Assembly: GCA_963422395.1 (NCBI GenBank)
Contig: OY729431.1
Location: 2,720,001 to 2,784,000 of the forward strand
Direction of reading: 5' to 3'
DNA: 64,000 nt
DNA from: Vicinamibacteria bacterium
GTDB taxonomy: Bacteria > Acidobacteriota > Vicinamibacteria > Marinacidobacterales > Marinacidobacteraceae
Of this stretch, positions 37,202 through 46,755 are shown one piece after another (within the stretch, counting starts at the first letter, position 1; each line of letters starts with the position of its first letter). The translations under genes and the position numbers were made by a program. The notes below the pieces were generated by a model, which saw only the letters and a list, made by a program, of their open reading frames with translations, ran no database searches and was not told where the DNA came from.

Positions 37202-40009
37202 TCAACGCTCGTAATTCATGATGTAGGAGGCGACTGCGCGCATCTGTGCCATCGGGTCGCCGTCCAGAACATCCGGAAGCGCCGTCAACCGATTCCCCTC
37301 CTGGTCTGTGGGCCAGAATTGCGGCATCTGGGTTCCCGGAGTGATCGACTGCGGATCGAGAAGCCAGTCCACGATCCAGTCGTGGGTGAGCCGTTCGCCG
37401 GAAAGGCGGAAGGACGGAGCCAGCTGGGAAGCCTCCATCGTGCCCTCGGCGGAAGCGAGATGGCAAAGCTCGCACTGCAGCTGGTCGAGCAGACTCGCCC
37501 CCAACCGCAGCTCCATCCGGTCATGGACCCGCTCCTGCTCGGCGTCGAACGGCTGGGCTCCGTCCATCGCGAGAAAGCCGGAGACCAGGGTGTTCGCCTC
37601 GCCCGGGGTGAACCCGAAGGTCGGCATCCGGACATTCATCCAGAAGCGGACCTCTTCCGGCTCTCGAAGGAAGTGGTAGAGCCAATCTGCCTGGGTCCGC
37701 TTTCCCTGGGTGTTGAGATTCGGCGGGCGCATCCCGGTGTCTTCCAGGGTTTCGTAGATCCCGCCGCCGACGCCGTCGATCAGATGACAGGCGCGGCAGT
37801 TGTAGTCGTGGATCAGGTTTCTGGCCCGTTCGGCAACCGATTCGGCCGCCGAAAGCGTCTTGACCCCTTCCAGCGGAAATTCGTCGCGTACCAGCCCGAG
37901 GACCGTTCGCACGACATGTTTCCGATCGCTGTCGGAGAAGCCGAACGAAGGCATCCGCAGTTTTTCGCCCGGGCTTTTGACTTTCCCCCGGTCGAAGCTC
38001 CGGGGAGCGGCGAGCTTCTGTTCCAGCCAGGACTGCCGGGTGTGGGAGATGTCCACATATCCGAAATCCAGCCGGGTAACCATCTTGGAGCCCCAAGTGG
38101 AGAGGTCCACCCCGATCTTCTGTGCCTCCTCGAAACCGGCGATGTCATGGCAGCCGAAGCAGCCATATCGTCGGATGAGCCGTTCGCCCGAGTAGAGGAG
38201 CTTCTCCTCCGGAGGCATCCGATCGAGCCGTTCGGTGGCCAGCGCGTCAGGAAGGCCGGTTTTCAGGAACTCGAGGGTGATGTCGTCGAGCTGCTCCGGA
38301 TCCGCCGCGGGAACTTCCAGGGCGTCGAAGGCCGGAGCCTCGCGCACCATCAGCCACGAAGTGATGTCCGCCGCTTCCTGATCGGTGAGGCGCAGACTGG
38401 GCATGAAGGTCTCTTCCCAGTAGTGCCGGGGCTCCTTGATCCACTCGTAGAGGAACCCGGCTTCGAGTTTGCTCCCGATGCCGGTCAGCGCCGGACCGCG
38501 GCGCCGATAGATGCTCGCCTGTTCGTAGTCGTCCTCGTCGAGGAGATGGCAGCCCTGGCAGCCGATCTCGTTCACCAGATCTTCGCCGCGGGAAGGATTG
38601 CCCCGAGGCGGCGGCGCGTAGGAGGACTCACTCGCGGCGCTATCGAAGATGTACTCGACGATGGCCGCGATCTCGGTGTCGTTCCGACGCTTCTGCGCCG
38701 CATCGGGATTGTTTTCGAGGTTCCAGAAGCGCGGCATCCAGGTCGAGGGCCGAAAGGCCTGGGGGTCGCGCACCCAACGCGCCACGAAGTCCCGGTCCGT
38801 CTTGGCAGGGATCCGTTTCAGGGAGGGCCCGCGCTTCCGCGCGTCTTCGTAACCGGTGGTGTTGTGGCATCCCCAGCACCCGGCGAGTTCGAAAGTCAGT
38901 CGGCTCTGGTTCAGGTCCACCGCCTGCGGAAGGAATACCTGGTCGCGGTGACACTTGACACAGCCGGCTTCCGTCAGGCCTGCCTGGTACATCGGGCTGT
39001 CCCAGTAATGGTCTTCCTTCCAGCCGTACCTCCGGACCCACTCGTGCTCTTCCTCCTCCGTTTCGGGCGTGTGGGTAGCGCCGCTGAAGGTCAGTTTGCG
39101 GCCCCGCCCCAGATGGCAGGAGGTGCATCCGAAGTCATCCAGCGGATGTGCGGACTCGCGGCTCACATAGGTTTCGAGCTCCGGGTGCGCGGTGAATGGC
39201 TGCGGAGCGTCCGCGTACTCCGGATCGTCGATTCCGAGGTGACAACTCTGGCATCGGTCGATTCGAGGAACCTGGGCGAAGTTGAGTTCCTCGGTCACAT
39301 TGCGGACGAGGACCTGCCGCACCTCGATGGACGGATCGATGAAATCCACGAGCGGAAGATTGCGGAAAGTATTCGGAAAGTTCTCGGCGAGGGTGTCCAG
39401 TTTGCGGCGGGCGAGCGTCACCGACTGGGTGAGCCGTTCGCGTTCGGCGGTCAGCTCACTGACGCTCGATCGGAGCTCCCGCATTTCGGAACGCTTGGCG
39501 GCCAGGTCGTAGTCGAGCGAGACCCGCAGGTCGCGAGCTTCGAAGAAGCTCGCCTCGAGAGCGGTGAATTCCTCGTCGCTCACCGCCCGCCCGAGGGGCG
39601 TCCCGCGCTCGCGCGTCTCCTCGTAGTAGAACTTGTCGGAGTCGTACACCGCCTTGATCTCGCGCTCCCGGATGTCCGCCAACGCGCGGCGCTCGTCGAT
39701 AGCCGCGATCTCGGCTTCCACGCCATCGAGCAGACCCTGTTCGGCCGCCAGGGCGTTCTCGGCTTCCTGGAGTTCCGACTCGACTCTCTGAAGGTCCGCC
39801 TGATCGATGGTCTGCCGGGCCTCCTGCATCTGCCGGGCGGCGAGCTCGCGTTCCATCTGGAAGAACTGGCGCTGATACCCCTTCCACTCCCTGGAATAGT
39901 CTGCCCAGATCATCCAGAGCGCCGAACCGAGCAGAAGGATGCTCGAAACGGCGAAGATGAGATTCAGCCGCCCGATGTCGTGGGCGTGGCCGGGTGCGAC
40001 TTTGGACAA
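37202..40009 (-). CDS. Membrane-anchored octaheme cytochrome c of the Rieske/cytochrome b complex
   Basis: N-terminal TM helix, coiled coil, and 8 CxxCH motifs (CQSCH, CTSCH, CVKCH, CWGCH, CQGCH, CFGCH, CRACH, CELCH). Confidence 0.92.
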   Translation of the reverse strand: MSKVAPGHAHDIGRLNLIFAVSSILLLGSALWMIWADYSREWKGYQRQFFQMERELAARQMQEARQTIDQADLQRVESELQEAENALAAEQGLLDGVEAEIAAIDERRALADIREREIKAVYDSDKFYYEETRERGTPLGRAVSDEEFTALEASFFEARDLRVSLDYDLAAKRSEMRELRSSVSELTAERERLTQSVTLARRKLDTLAENFPNTFRNLPLVDFIDPSIEVRQVLVRNVTEELNFAQVPRIDRCQSCHLGIDDPEYADAPQPFTAHPELETYVSRESAHPLDDFGCTSCHLGRGRKLTFSGATHTPETEEEEHEWVRRYGWKEDHYWDSPMYQAGLTEAGCVKCHRDQVFLPQAVDLNQSRLTFELAGCWGCHNTTGYEDARKRGPSLKRIPAKTDRDFVARWVRDPQAFRPSTWMPRFWNLENNPDAAQKRRNDTEIAAIVEYIFDSAASESSYAPPPRGNPSRGEDLVNEIGCQGCHLLDEDDYEQASIYRRRGPALTGIGSKLEAGFLYEWIKEPRHYWEETFMPSLRLTDQEAADITSWLMVREAPAFDALEVPAADPEQLDDITLEFLKTGLPDALATERLDRMPPEEKLLYSGERLIRRYGCFGCHDIAGFEEAQKIGVDLSTWGSKMVTRLDFGYVDISHTRQSWLEQKLAAPRSFDRGKVKSPGEKLRMPSFGFSDSDRKHVVRTVLGLVRDEFPLEGVKTLSAAESVAERARNLIHDYNCRACHLIDGVGGGIYETLEDTGMRPPNLNTQGKRTQADWLYHFLREPEEVRFWMNVRMPTFGFTPGEANTLVSGFLAMDGAQPFDAEQERVHDRMELRLGASLLDQLQCELCHLASAEGTMEASQLAPSFRLSGERLTHDWIVDWLLDPQSITPGTQMPQFWPTDQEGNRLTALPDVLDGDPMAQMRAVASYIMNYER

Positions 40010-40069
40010 GGGGGTTTTCTTTTCGGCTCGAACGGCGAGGTATTCGTCGGAGTGTCTGGGTCCGGGAGG

Positions 40070-41191
40070 TCAGATATTGAAGAAGATCTCCGGAAAGGCG
40101 ACGATGTACTTCAGATTGAAAGCCCACCGCAGATACATCTTGATCGGCAAGCTCATCATCATCAGGAACAGGCTGACCCCCACGAAATACCGTGGCGCGC
40201 CCATCTTCTCATAGTAGTGGTGCAGACTCAGCCATCGGAGCCCGGCAGGGAACCGGGCCTTCGGCCAGGCCATGATCAACGGCAGGGCGAACAGATAGAA
40301 ACCCACCATCAGGATGCCCAGCCACTCGCGGAGCAACGCGGCGAAGAATCCACCCGAAGGCAGCGGTCGTCCGAGCATCTTCACCCAGAAGAAGTCGGAG
40401 ATGTTCACATTCAGGAGCGGCTCCACCCGGTGCACATCCCAGTACTCATAAGGGCCGAAGAAATTCCAGTTCGGCCCTCTCAGGAAGGTGCCCGAGATCA
40501 CCAGCAGACACCAGAGGATCAGGAAGCCGAAGAGGAAGATCACGATCTCCGCCTTTCGCTCCCTGAAGGTGAAGTAGCCGTTTCCCTTCGGATTCGTATC
40601 GATGAAGGGGATGGCGATCAACCCCACGATGATGAGAGTCGGAAAGACGACCCCCGCAAGCCAGGGGTCGAAATAGACGAGCATCTCCTGTAGTCCCAGG
40701 AAGTACCAGGGCGCTTTCGAGGGATTCGGGGAGTCCGCCGGGTTCGCCGGCTGCTCGAGCGGGGCCGCCGCCAGGATGGACCAGACGACGAGAACGACAC
40801 TGAGCAGCACCATCGCCAGCATCTCGGTATAGACCAGATCGGGCCATACCCAGACCTTCTCCGATTCTTTCTTCTCCAGAACCTCTTCTTCGGCTTCGGT
40901 TCGCCGGTCGTTCTCGACTGCCTGGTGCATCGCATACCAGGTGAAGAAGAACACCAGGAAGATCACCCCGGTGATCGGAATATTGTCTGCCTTGGCGACG
41001 ATCAGGAAGAAATCGGGGTTCCACATGCTCGCCACATAGAAGGCAGCGAGCAGCGCGAAGAAGACTTTCGCGGAGGTCTTGCTCCAGACTTTCGTGAACC
41101 GGAAGGCGAGCAGAAGGCCGACCGTGGAAATCGTGAAGAGGACTGTGGGCCCCGAGGCCCAGTTCACGAGGTCCTGAAAAACGGCGATCAT
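40070..41191 (-). CDS. petD: Cytochrome b6-type subunit IV (C-terminal half of cytochrome b) with extra TM helices
   Basis: VWPDL, ANP..SPNPSKAPWYFLGLQE (PEWY-equivalent), IPFID.NP. Confidence 0.82.
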   Translation of the reverse strand: MIAVFQDLVNWASGPTVLFTISTVGLLLAFRFTKVWSKTSAKVFFALLAAFYVASMWNPDFFLIVAKADNIPITGVIFLVFFFTWYAMHQAVENDRRTEAEEEVLEKKESEKVWVWPDLVYTEMLAMVLLSVVLVVWSILAAAPLEQPANPADSPNPSKAPWYFLGLQEMLVYFDPWLAGVVFPTLIIVGLIAIPFIDTNPKGNGYFTFRERKAEIVIFLFGFLILWCLLVISGTFLRGPNWNFFGPYEYWDVHRVEPLLNVNISDFFWVKMLGRPLPSGGFFAALLREWLGILMVGFYLFALPLIMAWPKARFPAGLRWLSLHHYYEKMGAPRYFVGVSLFLMMMSLPIKMYLRWAFNLKYIVAFPEIFFNI

Positions 41192-41238
41192 TCCCTAGCA
41201 ACTGTCGGAAGTCGTCATCCTGCGGGCTCCGGGCGGGC

Positions 41239-42039
41239 CTATAGCGGCCCGGAAATCCCCCCGTCCTTGCGGACCCGCCAGAAATGGACCGCCATGAGGA
41301 ACGCCGCGATCAACGGCAGCCCCACGCAATGGAGCACATAGAACCGGAGCAGGGTCGGCTGACCCACCGACCGCGCCCCGAGGAGGGCGAAACGAGCGTC
41401 GTTCCCGGAATTGATGAGGTTGATGTCGCCGAGCGTCAGCGACGCGGAAAGCGGCCCCTCGGTGCCGAGCAGCGGCGTCGCTCGCGCCATGTTGGAACCC
41501 ACCGTGATCGCCCAGATCGCCAGCTGATCCCAGGGGAGCAGATAGCCGGTGAACGAAAGCAGGAGAGTCAGGACCAGCAGGACGACGCCGATACCCCAGT
41601 TGAACTCTCGGGGCGGTTTGTAGGAGCCGGTCATGAACACGCGCAGCATGTGGAGCCACACCGTGATCACCATCGCGTGCGCTCCCCAGCGATGGAGTTC
41701 ACGCATGATGCCGAGCGGAACATGCTCCTGGAGGTCCACGATGTCGGCATAGGCGTACTCCACCGTGGGCCGGTAATAGAACATCAGCAGCAGCCCGGTG
41801 AAGGTGAGCGCCAGGAACAGGAAGAAGGTGATTCCCCCCATGCACCAGGTGTAGCGGAGCTTGATCCCCGCCTTCCGCGATTTGACCGGGTGCAAGTGCA
41901 AGAACACATTGCTCATCATCACCAGCGCCCGGTTCCGGTTGCTGACCGGCTTGCCGTGACGGAAGATGGACGACCAGATCTGCGAGTCGGTCGCCTCCTT
42001 CCACGCGCCGCGAAGGGGCCCCAGGATGCGGTTCAGCAC
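41239..42039 (-). CDS. petB: Cytochrome b6-type N-terminal cytochrome b subunit
   Basis: [44 protein letters not shown]...HF heme ligands. Confidence 0.92.
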   Translation of the reverse strand: MLNRILGPLRGAWKEATDSQIWSSIFRHGKPVSNRNRALVMMSNVFLHLHPVKSRKAGIKLRYTWCMGGITFFLFLALTFTGLLLMFYYRPTVEYAYADIVDLQEHVPLGIMRELHRWGAHAMVITVWLHMLRVFMTGSYKPPREFNWGIGVVLLVLTLLLSFTGYLLPWDQLAIWAITVGSNMARATPLLGTEGPLSASLTLGDINLINSGNDARFALLGARSVGQPTLLRFYVLHCVGLPLIAAFLMAVHFWRVRKDGGISGPL

Positions 42040-42055
42040 GGCGCCCCTCTCCGGA

Positions 42056-42694
42056 TCAGGTCAGGGCGAGGAAGGACGCCGGATCCTCCCACTGGCTGGC
42101 TTCGAACTTGAAGAGCCGCGATTTGTCGATGAGGAGCTGCCCGTCGTCGGCCAGGCTCACCCCGACCCGCTCCAGGGGCCGCGGCGCCGGACCCTCGAAG
42201 TTGATCCCGGTGGCGTAGAAGCCGCTGCCGTGGCAGGGGCATTTGAATTTGCTCTCCGCCTCCAACCAGTTCGGAGTGCACCCCAAATGGGTGCAGATCG
42301 TGGACAGGGCGTAGATCTTCTCCTCATCCCGAACGATCCACACCTGGTACCGCTCCTTGAAACGGGTGTCCACCACCCCGATCGAGAAATCGTCGGGGAA
42401 ACCGGCCTTGAATGTGGACGGCGGCTCGGTCAGCACATTCGGGAAGAGGAACCGCCCCACCGCAGTCAGCCCCATCGCCATCGCAGCGGTGAAGACGCTC
42501 CAGCCGACGATCAGGAAGGGGAACTCGCGGCGGCTGACCTGCTTCGCACCGGTTTTCTTCGGAGCTGCCCTTTTCGCGCCGGCGATCTTCGGGCCGACAG
42601 GAGTCCGTTCGGTTGGCGTCCGTTTGGCCGGCGCCGCACCGGACGAACCGGACGAACCGGACGCCGCGGGCGGGCGTTCCGGATTCTCGGACAT
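42056..42694 (-). CDS. petC: Rieske iron-sulfur subunit
   Basis: SRREF Tat-like motif plus TM helix, CTHLGC and CPCHGS boxes, GPAPRPL. Confidence 0.94.
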   Translation of the reverse strand: MSENPERPPAASGSSGSSGAAPAKRTPTERTPVGPKIAGAKRAAPKKTGAKQVSRREFPFLIVGWSVFTAAMAMGLTAVGRFLFPNVLTEPPSTFKAGFPDDFSIGVVDTRFKERYQVWIVRDEEKIYALSTICTHLGCTPNWLEAESKFKCPCHGSGFYATGINFEGPAPRPLERVGVSLADDGQLLIDKSRLFKFEASQWEDPASFLALT

Positions 42695-42731
42695 TTTCTA
42701 CGAGGGGAGGTCGGGCTCGGGGAGGGCGGCG

Positions 42732-42737
42732 ATTCTA
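42732..42737 (-). promoter_or_regulatory. Putative sigma70 -10 box (TAGAAT) for the Rieske/cytochrome b operon
   Basis: TAGAAT on the minus strand about 38 nt upstream of the Rieske ATG, in GC-rich DNA. Confidence 0.4.
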
Positions 42738-42816
42738 ACGGAACGAGTCCGAAAAACGGCGGCGGAATCGGCTTTGGACGACTTTTTCGGCGGGAGCGGC
42801 AGGCAGCAGGATTTCC

Positions 42817-43704
42817 TCAGGGATCCCTCGAGGGCCCTCCCCGGCCGCCGTCTTCGATGGCCGAGAGGGCCGCCTGGCGCACCCGGAGGTCCGGATCGCC
42901 AGCGGCCAACCCTCGAAGCGCGGCTTGGACCACCGGACTGTCGAGCACTCCGGCAGCCTGAACCGCGGTCAGACGCGCCAGCGCGCGCTCGTTCTCCAGC
43001 ATGTCGGGCGCCCGCGCCCAGTAGCCGGATTCCATCATTCCGAGCAACCGCTCGGCCGCGGCCTGATCACCGATCCGAGCAAGGGCGACGACCGCATTCA
43101 CCGAGACATCGAGGACCGGATCCTCGACCGCCCGGCGGAGCGCAGCGGAGGCAGAGGGATCCCCGAGCGCCCCGAGTCCATAGACCGCCATGGTGCGCAG
43201 ACCGGCGTCCTCCGCACTGCTGGCCTCGACGAGCGCGGACACCGCCCGCGGGCCGCCGATTGCGCCCAGCGCCCAGGCCGCATAGACGCGGACCGTCTCG
43301 TCCGGGTCACCGAGCGCCGGCGCGAGCACTTCGACCGCGGCCGGTTCGGCCAGGGTTCCGAGCGCCAGCGCCAGGTATTGGCGCACCCAGGGATCCGTGG
43401 GCGAGATGGCCTCTTGGAAGGCCAGGATCAGATCCGGGCCGAGTGCCGCGAATTCCCCCGGCTCACCGTGCTGGATGCGGTTTGCGAGTTCGAAAGCCGC
43501 CTGCCGCTTTTCCCGGTGTCCTCCGGCTCGAATGCGCTGCAGATAGTCGCTGGCCGTCGTGTCGTCGGCAACGAGCCAGGTGAACCCGAGGAAGATGCCG
43601 ACGCCCAGTGCCACGACCAGCATCGGGATGACGAAGAACTGCAGGAGCGTCCGGCCGAACGAGACCTGTCCGGGATCGGAAACGGGCGAAGAGTCCGGGG
43701 GCAC
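42817..43704 (-). CDS. Membrane-anchored HEAT-repeat (PBS-lyase-like) protein
   Basis: One TM helix (QFFVIPMLVVALGVGIFLGF) followed by D....VR..AA.ALG repeats. GTG start at 43704 inferred. Confidence 0.82.
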   Translation of the reverse strand: MPPDSSPVSDPGQVSFGRTLLQFFVIPMLVVALGVGIFLGFTWLVADDTTASDYLQRIRAGGHREKRQAAFELANRIQHGEPGEFAALGPDLILAFQEAISPTDPWVRQYLALALGTLAEPAAVEVLAPALGDPDETVRVYAAWALGAIGGPRAVSALVEASSAEDAGLRTMAVYGLGALGDPSASAALRRAVEDPVLDVSVNAVVALARIGDQAAAERLLGMMESGYWARAPDMLENERALARLTAVQAAGVLDSPVVQAALRGLAAGDPDLRVRQAALSAIEDGGRGGPSRDP

Positions 43705-43730
43705 GGGGGAGGTTTTCGAAGAGCGGATTC

Positions 43731-44735
43731 CTACAACCGCTCCAGCTGCGCCATCGCCCGCTGATCTCGGACGATCCCCTCGAAGGTCGGAACATCCACG
43801 GTCTGGAGCGGATCGGTGTAGGCGGTGTCCGGGTGAGTATGTACCTCGATCAGCAACCCCGAAGCGCCGGCTCCCAGGGCGGCGCGCGCCAGCGGGCGGA
43901 CGCGGTCGCGCTCGGCCACCGCGCGGGACGGGTCCACCAGCACCGGCAGATGGGATATGCGCCGCACTACCGGGACCACATGGAGGTCGAGCAGGGTCCG
44001 GCGTTGTCCCCCGGTGCGTATTCCGCGTTCGCAGAGGATCACTTCCCGCTTTCCGCGGGCCAGCAGGGACTCCGCCGCCATGAGCCATTCCTCGATGGTC
44101 GCCGACCGCCCCCGCTCCAGAACGACGGGAACCGGCAGGGATGCCGCTACCTCGAGCAGCGGTTCGTTCTCCATGTGCCGGGCGGCGATCTGGACGACAT
44201 CCACATGCTCCGCGACCCGCTCGGCGGACCTCGGATCCACGATCTCGGAGACGACCGGAAGCCCGGTCTCGGCCCGCACCCGGTCCAGCGTGTGGAGTCC
44301 CTCGTCGCCGAGACCGGCGAAATGGTAGGGGCCGACCCTTTCGGACCACAGCCGGGCGCGGAACAGGTCCGCCCCGGCGGCCTGGACCGCCCGGGCGATC
44401 TCCAGGGTGCGCGCTTCGGTCTCGACGCTGCCCGGGCCAGCGATGAGCACGGGGGCCGACCCTCCCACCGCGGCGCCGCGGACCGGGACCACGCTGTCGT
44501 TCGGATGGACCTCGCGGCTGACCAGCTTGAAAGGCTTGGTGACCGGAATACAACGGACCACTCCCGGCAGCCGTGAAAGGAACGAATCATCCACCGGGCC
44601 GCGGTTGCCGGTCACGCAGATCGCGGTCCGATCGGCGCCCGGAACCCGAAGCGGGGTGAACCCCATGGTTCGGATCGCCCCCTCGACCCGAAGGCACTGC
44701 TCCTCGGTCGGTCCGGGGGTCATGATGACGAGCAC
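43731..44735 (-). CDS. aroF: Type I-beta DAHP synthase homologue with degenerate active site
   Basis: N-terminal ferredoxin-like regulatory domain, KPFKLVSRE, LCERGIRT. Several catalytic motifs are substituted (see findings). Confidence 0.85.
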   Translation of the reverse strand: MLVIMTPGPTEEQCLRVEGAIRTMGFTPLRVPGADRTAICVTGNRGPVDDSFLSRLPGVVRCIPVTKPFKLVSREVHPNDSVVPVRGAAVGGSAPVLIAGPGSVETEARTLEIARAVQAAGADLFRARLWSERVGPYHFAGLGDEGLHTLDRVRAETGLPVVSEIVDPRSAERVAEHVDVVQIAARHMENEPLLEVAASLPVPVVLERGRSATIEEWLMAAESLLARGKREVILCERGIRTGGQRRTLLDLHVVPVVRRISHLPVLVDPSRAVAERDRVRPLARAALGAGASGLLIEVHTHPDTAYTDPLQTVDVPTFEGIVRDQRAMAQLERL

Positions 44736-44749
44736 GGCGCCGGGTCTCC

Positions 44750-45547
44750 CTATTCGTTCCCCGCCAGGTTCCGTACGGCAGCTCCGTAGCGGGAGATCAG
44801 ATCGGCCGCGTCACCCGCGGTGCGGAAGGCGCGCTCGACGAGGCGGGCCAGATGGCTCCCGACGACCGCGATCCGGGCGCCGGCCTCGAAGGCACGGACG
44901 AGCTGCTCTCGCTGGGAAAGACCGAACCCCAGGCAGATCGGCGTTTCGACACTTCCGGCAACGGCCTGCACCCGGTGCAGCATGGCAGCGAAACCGTGGC
45001 CGCGCACCCCGGTAACCCCCTGAAACCCTGCGAGGTACAGAAAACAGGAGGCACTCGCCAGACGGAGCAGACGAGACTCGGGGGTCAGCGGACCCGCCAG
45101 TTGTACCTGGCCGAGATCCGCCTGACGGCAGGCTCGGCGGAGCGGAGCTGATTCCTCCAGCGGGATGTCCGGCACCAGAAGCGAAGAGGCCCCGCAGTGA
45201 GCGGCTTCGGCGGCGAAGCCCTCGTACCCCCATCGGTGCACGAGATTGCCGTACACGAGGAGATTGAGCGGCGTGTCCGGACACGCATCCCGAATTCTGG
45301 CGAGCGTTCGAAAGGCGGATCGTGTCGAGGCGCCCCCCTCGAGCGCCCGCTGCTGGGATGCCTGGATGGCTGGGCCGTCGGCAACCGGATCGCTGTAGGG
45401 AAATCCGATTTCCAGCATTCCGGCTCCGGCGGAGACGGCGGCCTCGGCGAGCTGCAGCGTGAGTTCGAGCGTCGGGTCTCCGAGGACGAGGAACGGAGAA
45501 ACCGACCGTCCGCGGGCCAAGGTGGCGTGAAGGGCCTGCAGACTCAC
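44750..45547 (-). CDS. trpA: Tryptophan synthase alpha chain
   Basis: LEIGFPYSDPVADGPAIQ, GVTG, GFGLS, VVGS. GTG start overlaps the trpB stop. Confidence 0.94.
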   Translation of the reverse strand: MSLQALHATLARGRSVSPFLVLGDPTLELTLQLAEAAVSAGAGMLEIGFPYSDPVADGPAIQASQQRALEGGASTRSAFRTLARIRDACPDTPLNLLVYGNLVHRWGYEGFAAEAAHCGASSLLVPDIPLEESAPLRRACRQADLGQVQLAGPLTPESRLLRLASASCFLYLAGFQGVTGVRGHGFAAMLHRVQAVAGSVETPICLGFGLSQREQLVRAFEAGARIAVVGSHLARLVERAFRTAGDAADLISRYGAAVRNLAGNE

Positions 45548-46755
45548 CGTTTCCCCCCGACAACGGGACGGTCGAGCGAGAAGTAGATCGGCAGGTCCTT
45601 GTCGCCGCGCCCGCAAAGGTTCAACAACACTCGGGTCCCTTCCGCGATCTCTCCCGTCCGCCGGGCACGCAGGACGAACGCCAGAGCGTGCGCCGGTTCG
45701 AGGGCCGGCACGATCCCCTCCGTCGCCGAGAGAACTTCGAACGCGTCGAGAGCCTCCTCGTCGGTAGCCGCCACATAGCGGGCGCGGCCGGTCTCCTGCA
45801 GATGCGCGTGCTCCGGGCCCACTCCGGGATAGTCGAGGCCGGCAGCGATGCTGTGCGGTTCGCGGATCTGCCCCTCGTCGTCCTGAAGCACCATGGTGCG
45901 CGCCCCGTGCAGCAGGCCGGGGCTGCCGCGGACCAAGGTCGCTCCATGCTGTCCACTGTCGAGGCCGGCGCCGCCGGGTTCGACTCCGAAGAGAAGAACC
46001 GATCCATGCGGGACGAAGGCGTGGAAGATGCCGATGGCATTGCTTCCTCCTCCGACGCAGGCCACGACCGCATCCGGCAAGCCGCCGAATGTGCGGCGCC
46101 ACTGCTGCTTGGCCTCCCGGCCGATGATGGCGTGGAAGCCGCGGACCAGGCGCGGAAACGGGTGCGGTCCGGCAGCCGTTCCCAGCAGGTAGTGCGTGGA
46201 TGCGAGGCTCCGGGTCCAATCGCGGAGTGCCTCGTTGATCGCGTCCTTGAGGGTGCGGGCGCCCGTTGTCACCGGGATCACTTCGGCGCCGCAAAGTTCC
46301 ATCCGCTTCACATTGAGGGCCTGGCGCTCCATGTCCTTTTCCCCCATGTAGATCACCGCCTCCATCCCGAACCGGGCAGCGATCATCGCGGTCGCCGTAC
46401 CGTGCTGCCCGGCGCCGGTCTCGGCGATCAGCCGGGTCTTGCCCATGAAACGGGCGAGCAGGGCCTGCCCCAGGACATTGTTGGCCTTATGCGCCCCGCC
46501 GTGCAGCAGGTCCTCCCGCTTGAAGACGACTTCGAGCCCCGCACGCTCCGAGAACCGAGGCGCCCGGGTGATCGGAGTGGGACGTCCGACCCATTCGCGG
46601 GCTTCCCGGTCGAGCTCCCGCCGAAAGTCGGCGTTTCCGACGATCTCCCGTCGGGCCGTCTCGAGTTCTTCGAGGGCCGGAGTCAACAGTTCGGGGGCGA
46701 AACGACCGCCGAAGGAACCGAAGGCGCCGAGGCGCGGCCGAGGGGCGCGGATCAT
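45544..46755 (-). CDS. trpB: Tryptophan synthase beta chain
   Basis: KREDLLHGGAHKANN (PLP Lys), ETGAGQHG, GGGSNA, GLDYPGVGPEH, GRGDKD. Confidence 0.97.
   Translation of the reverse strand: MIRAPRPRLGAFGSFGGRFAPELLTPALEELETARREIVGNADFRRELDREAREWVGRPTPITRAPRFSERAGLEVVFKREDLLHGGAHKANNVLGQALLARFMGKTRLIAETGAGQHGTATAMIAARFGMEAVIYMGEKDMERQALNVKRMELCGAEVIPVTTGARTLKDAINEALRDWTRSLASTHYLLGTAAGPHPFPRLVRGFHAIIGREAKQQWRRTFGGLPDAVVACVGGGSNAIGIFHAFVPHGSVLLFGVEPGGAGLDSGQHGATLVRGSPGLLHGARTMVLQDDEGQIREPHSIAAGLDYPGVGPEHAHLQETGRARYVAATDEEALDAFEVLSATEGIVPALEPAHALAFVLRARRTGEIAEGTRVLLNLCGRGDKDLPIYFSLDRPVVGGKR

Noticed and set aside
37202-40009. Hydroxylamine oxidoreductase or octaheme nitrite reductase call for the 8-heme protein
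   Set aside because: Hemes are widely spaced in class I-like domains with MP motifs. There is no CxxCK and no HAO-type heme clustering.
37184-40693. 1169-aa plus-strand ORF
   Set aside because: Antisense shadow of the octaheme cytochrome and subunit IV genes.
42640-42664. 9-bp tandem repeats in the Rieske N-terminus (and similar PEP repeats in the M16 protease)
   Set aside because: Short in-frame low-complexity linker repeats with no sign of phase variation.
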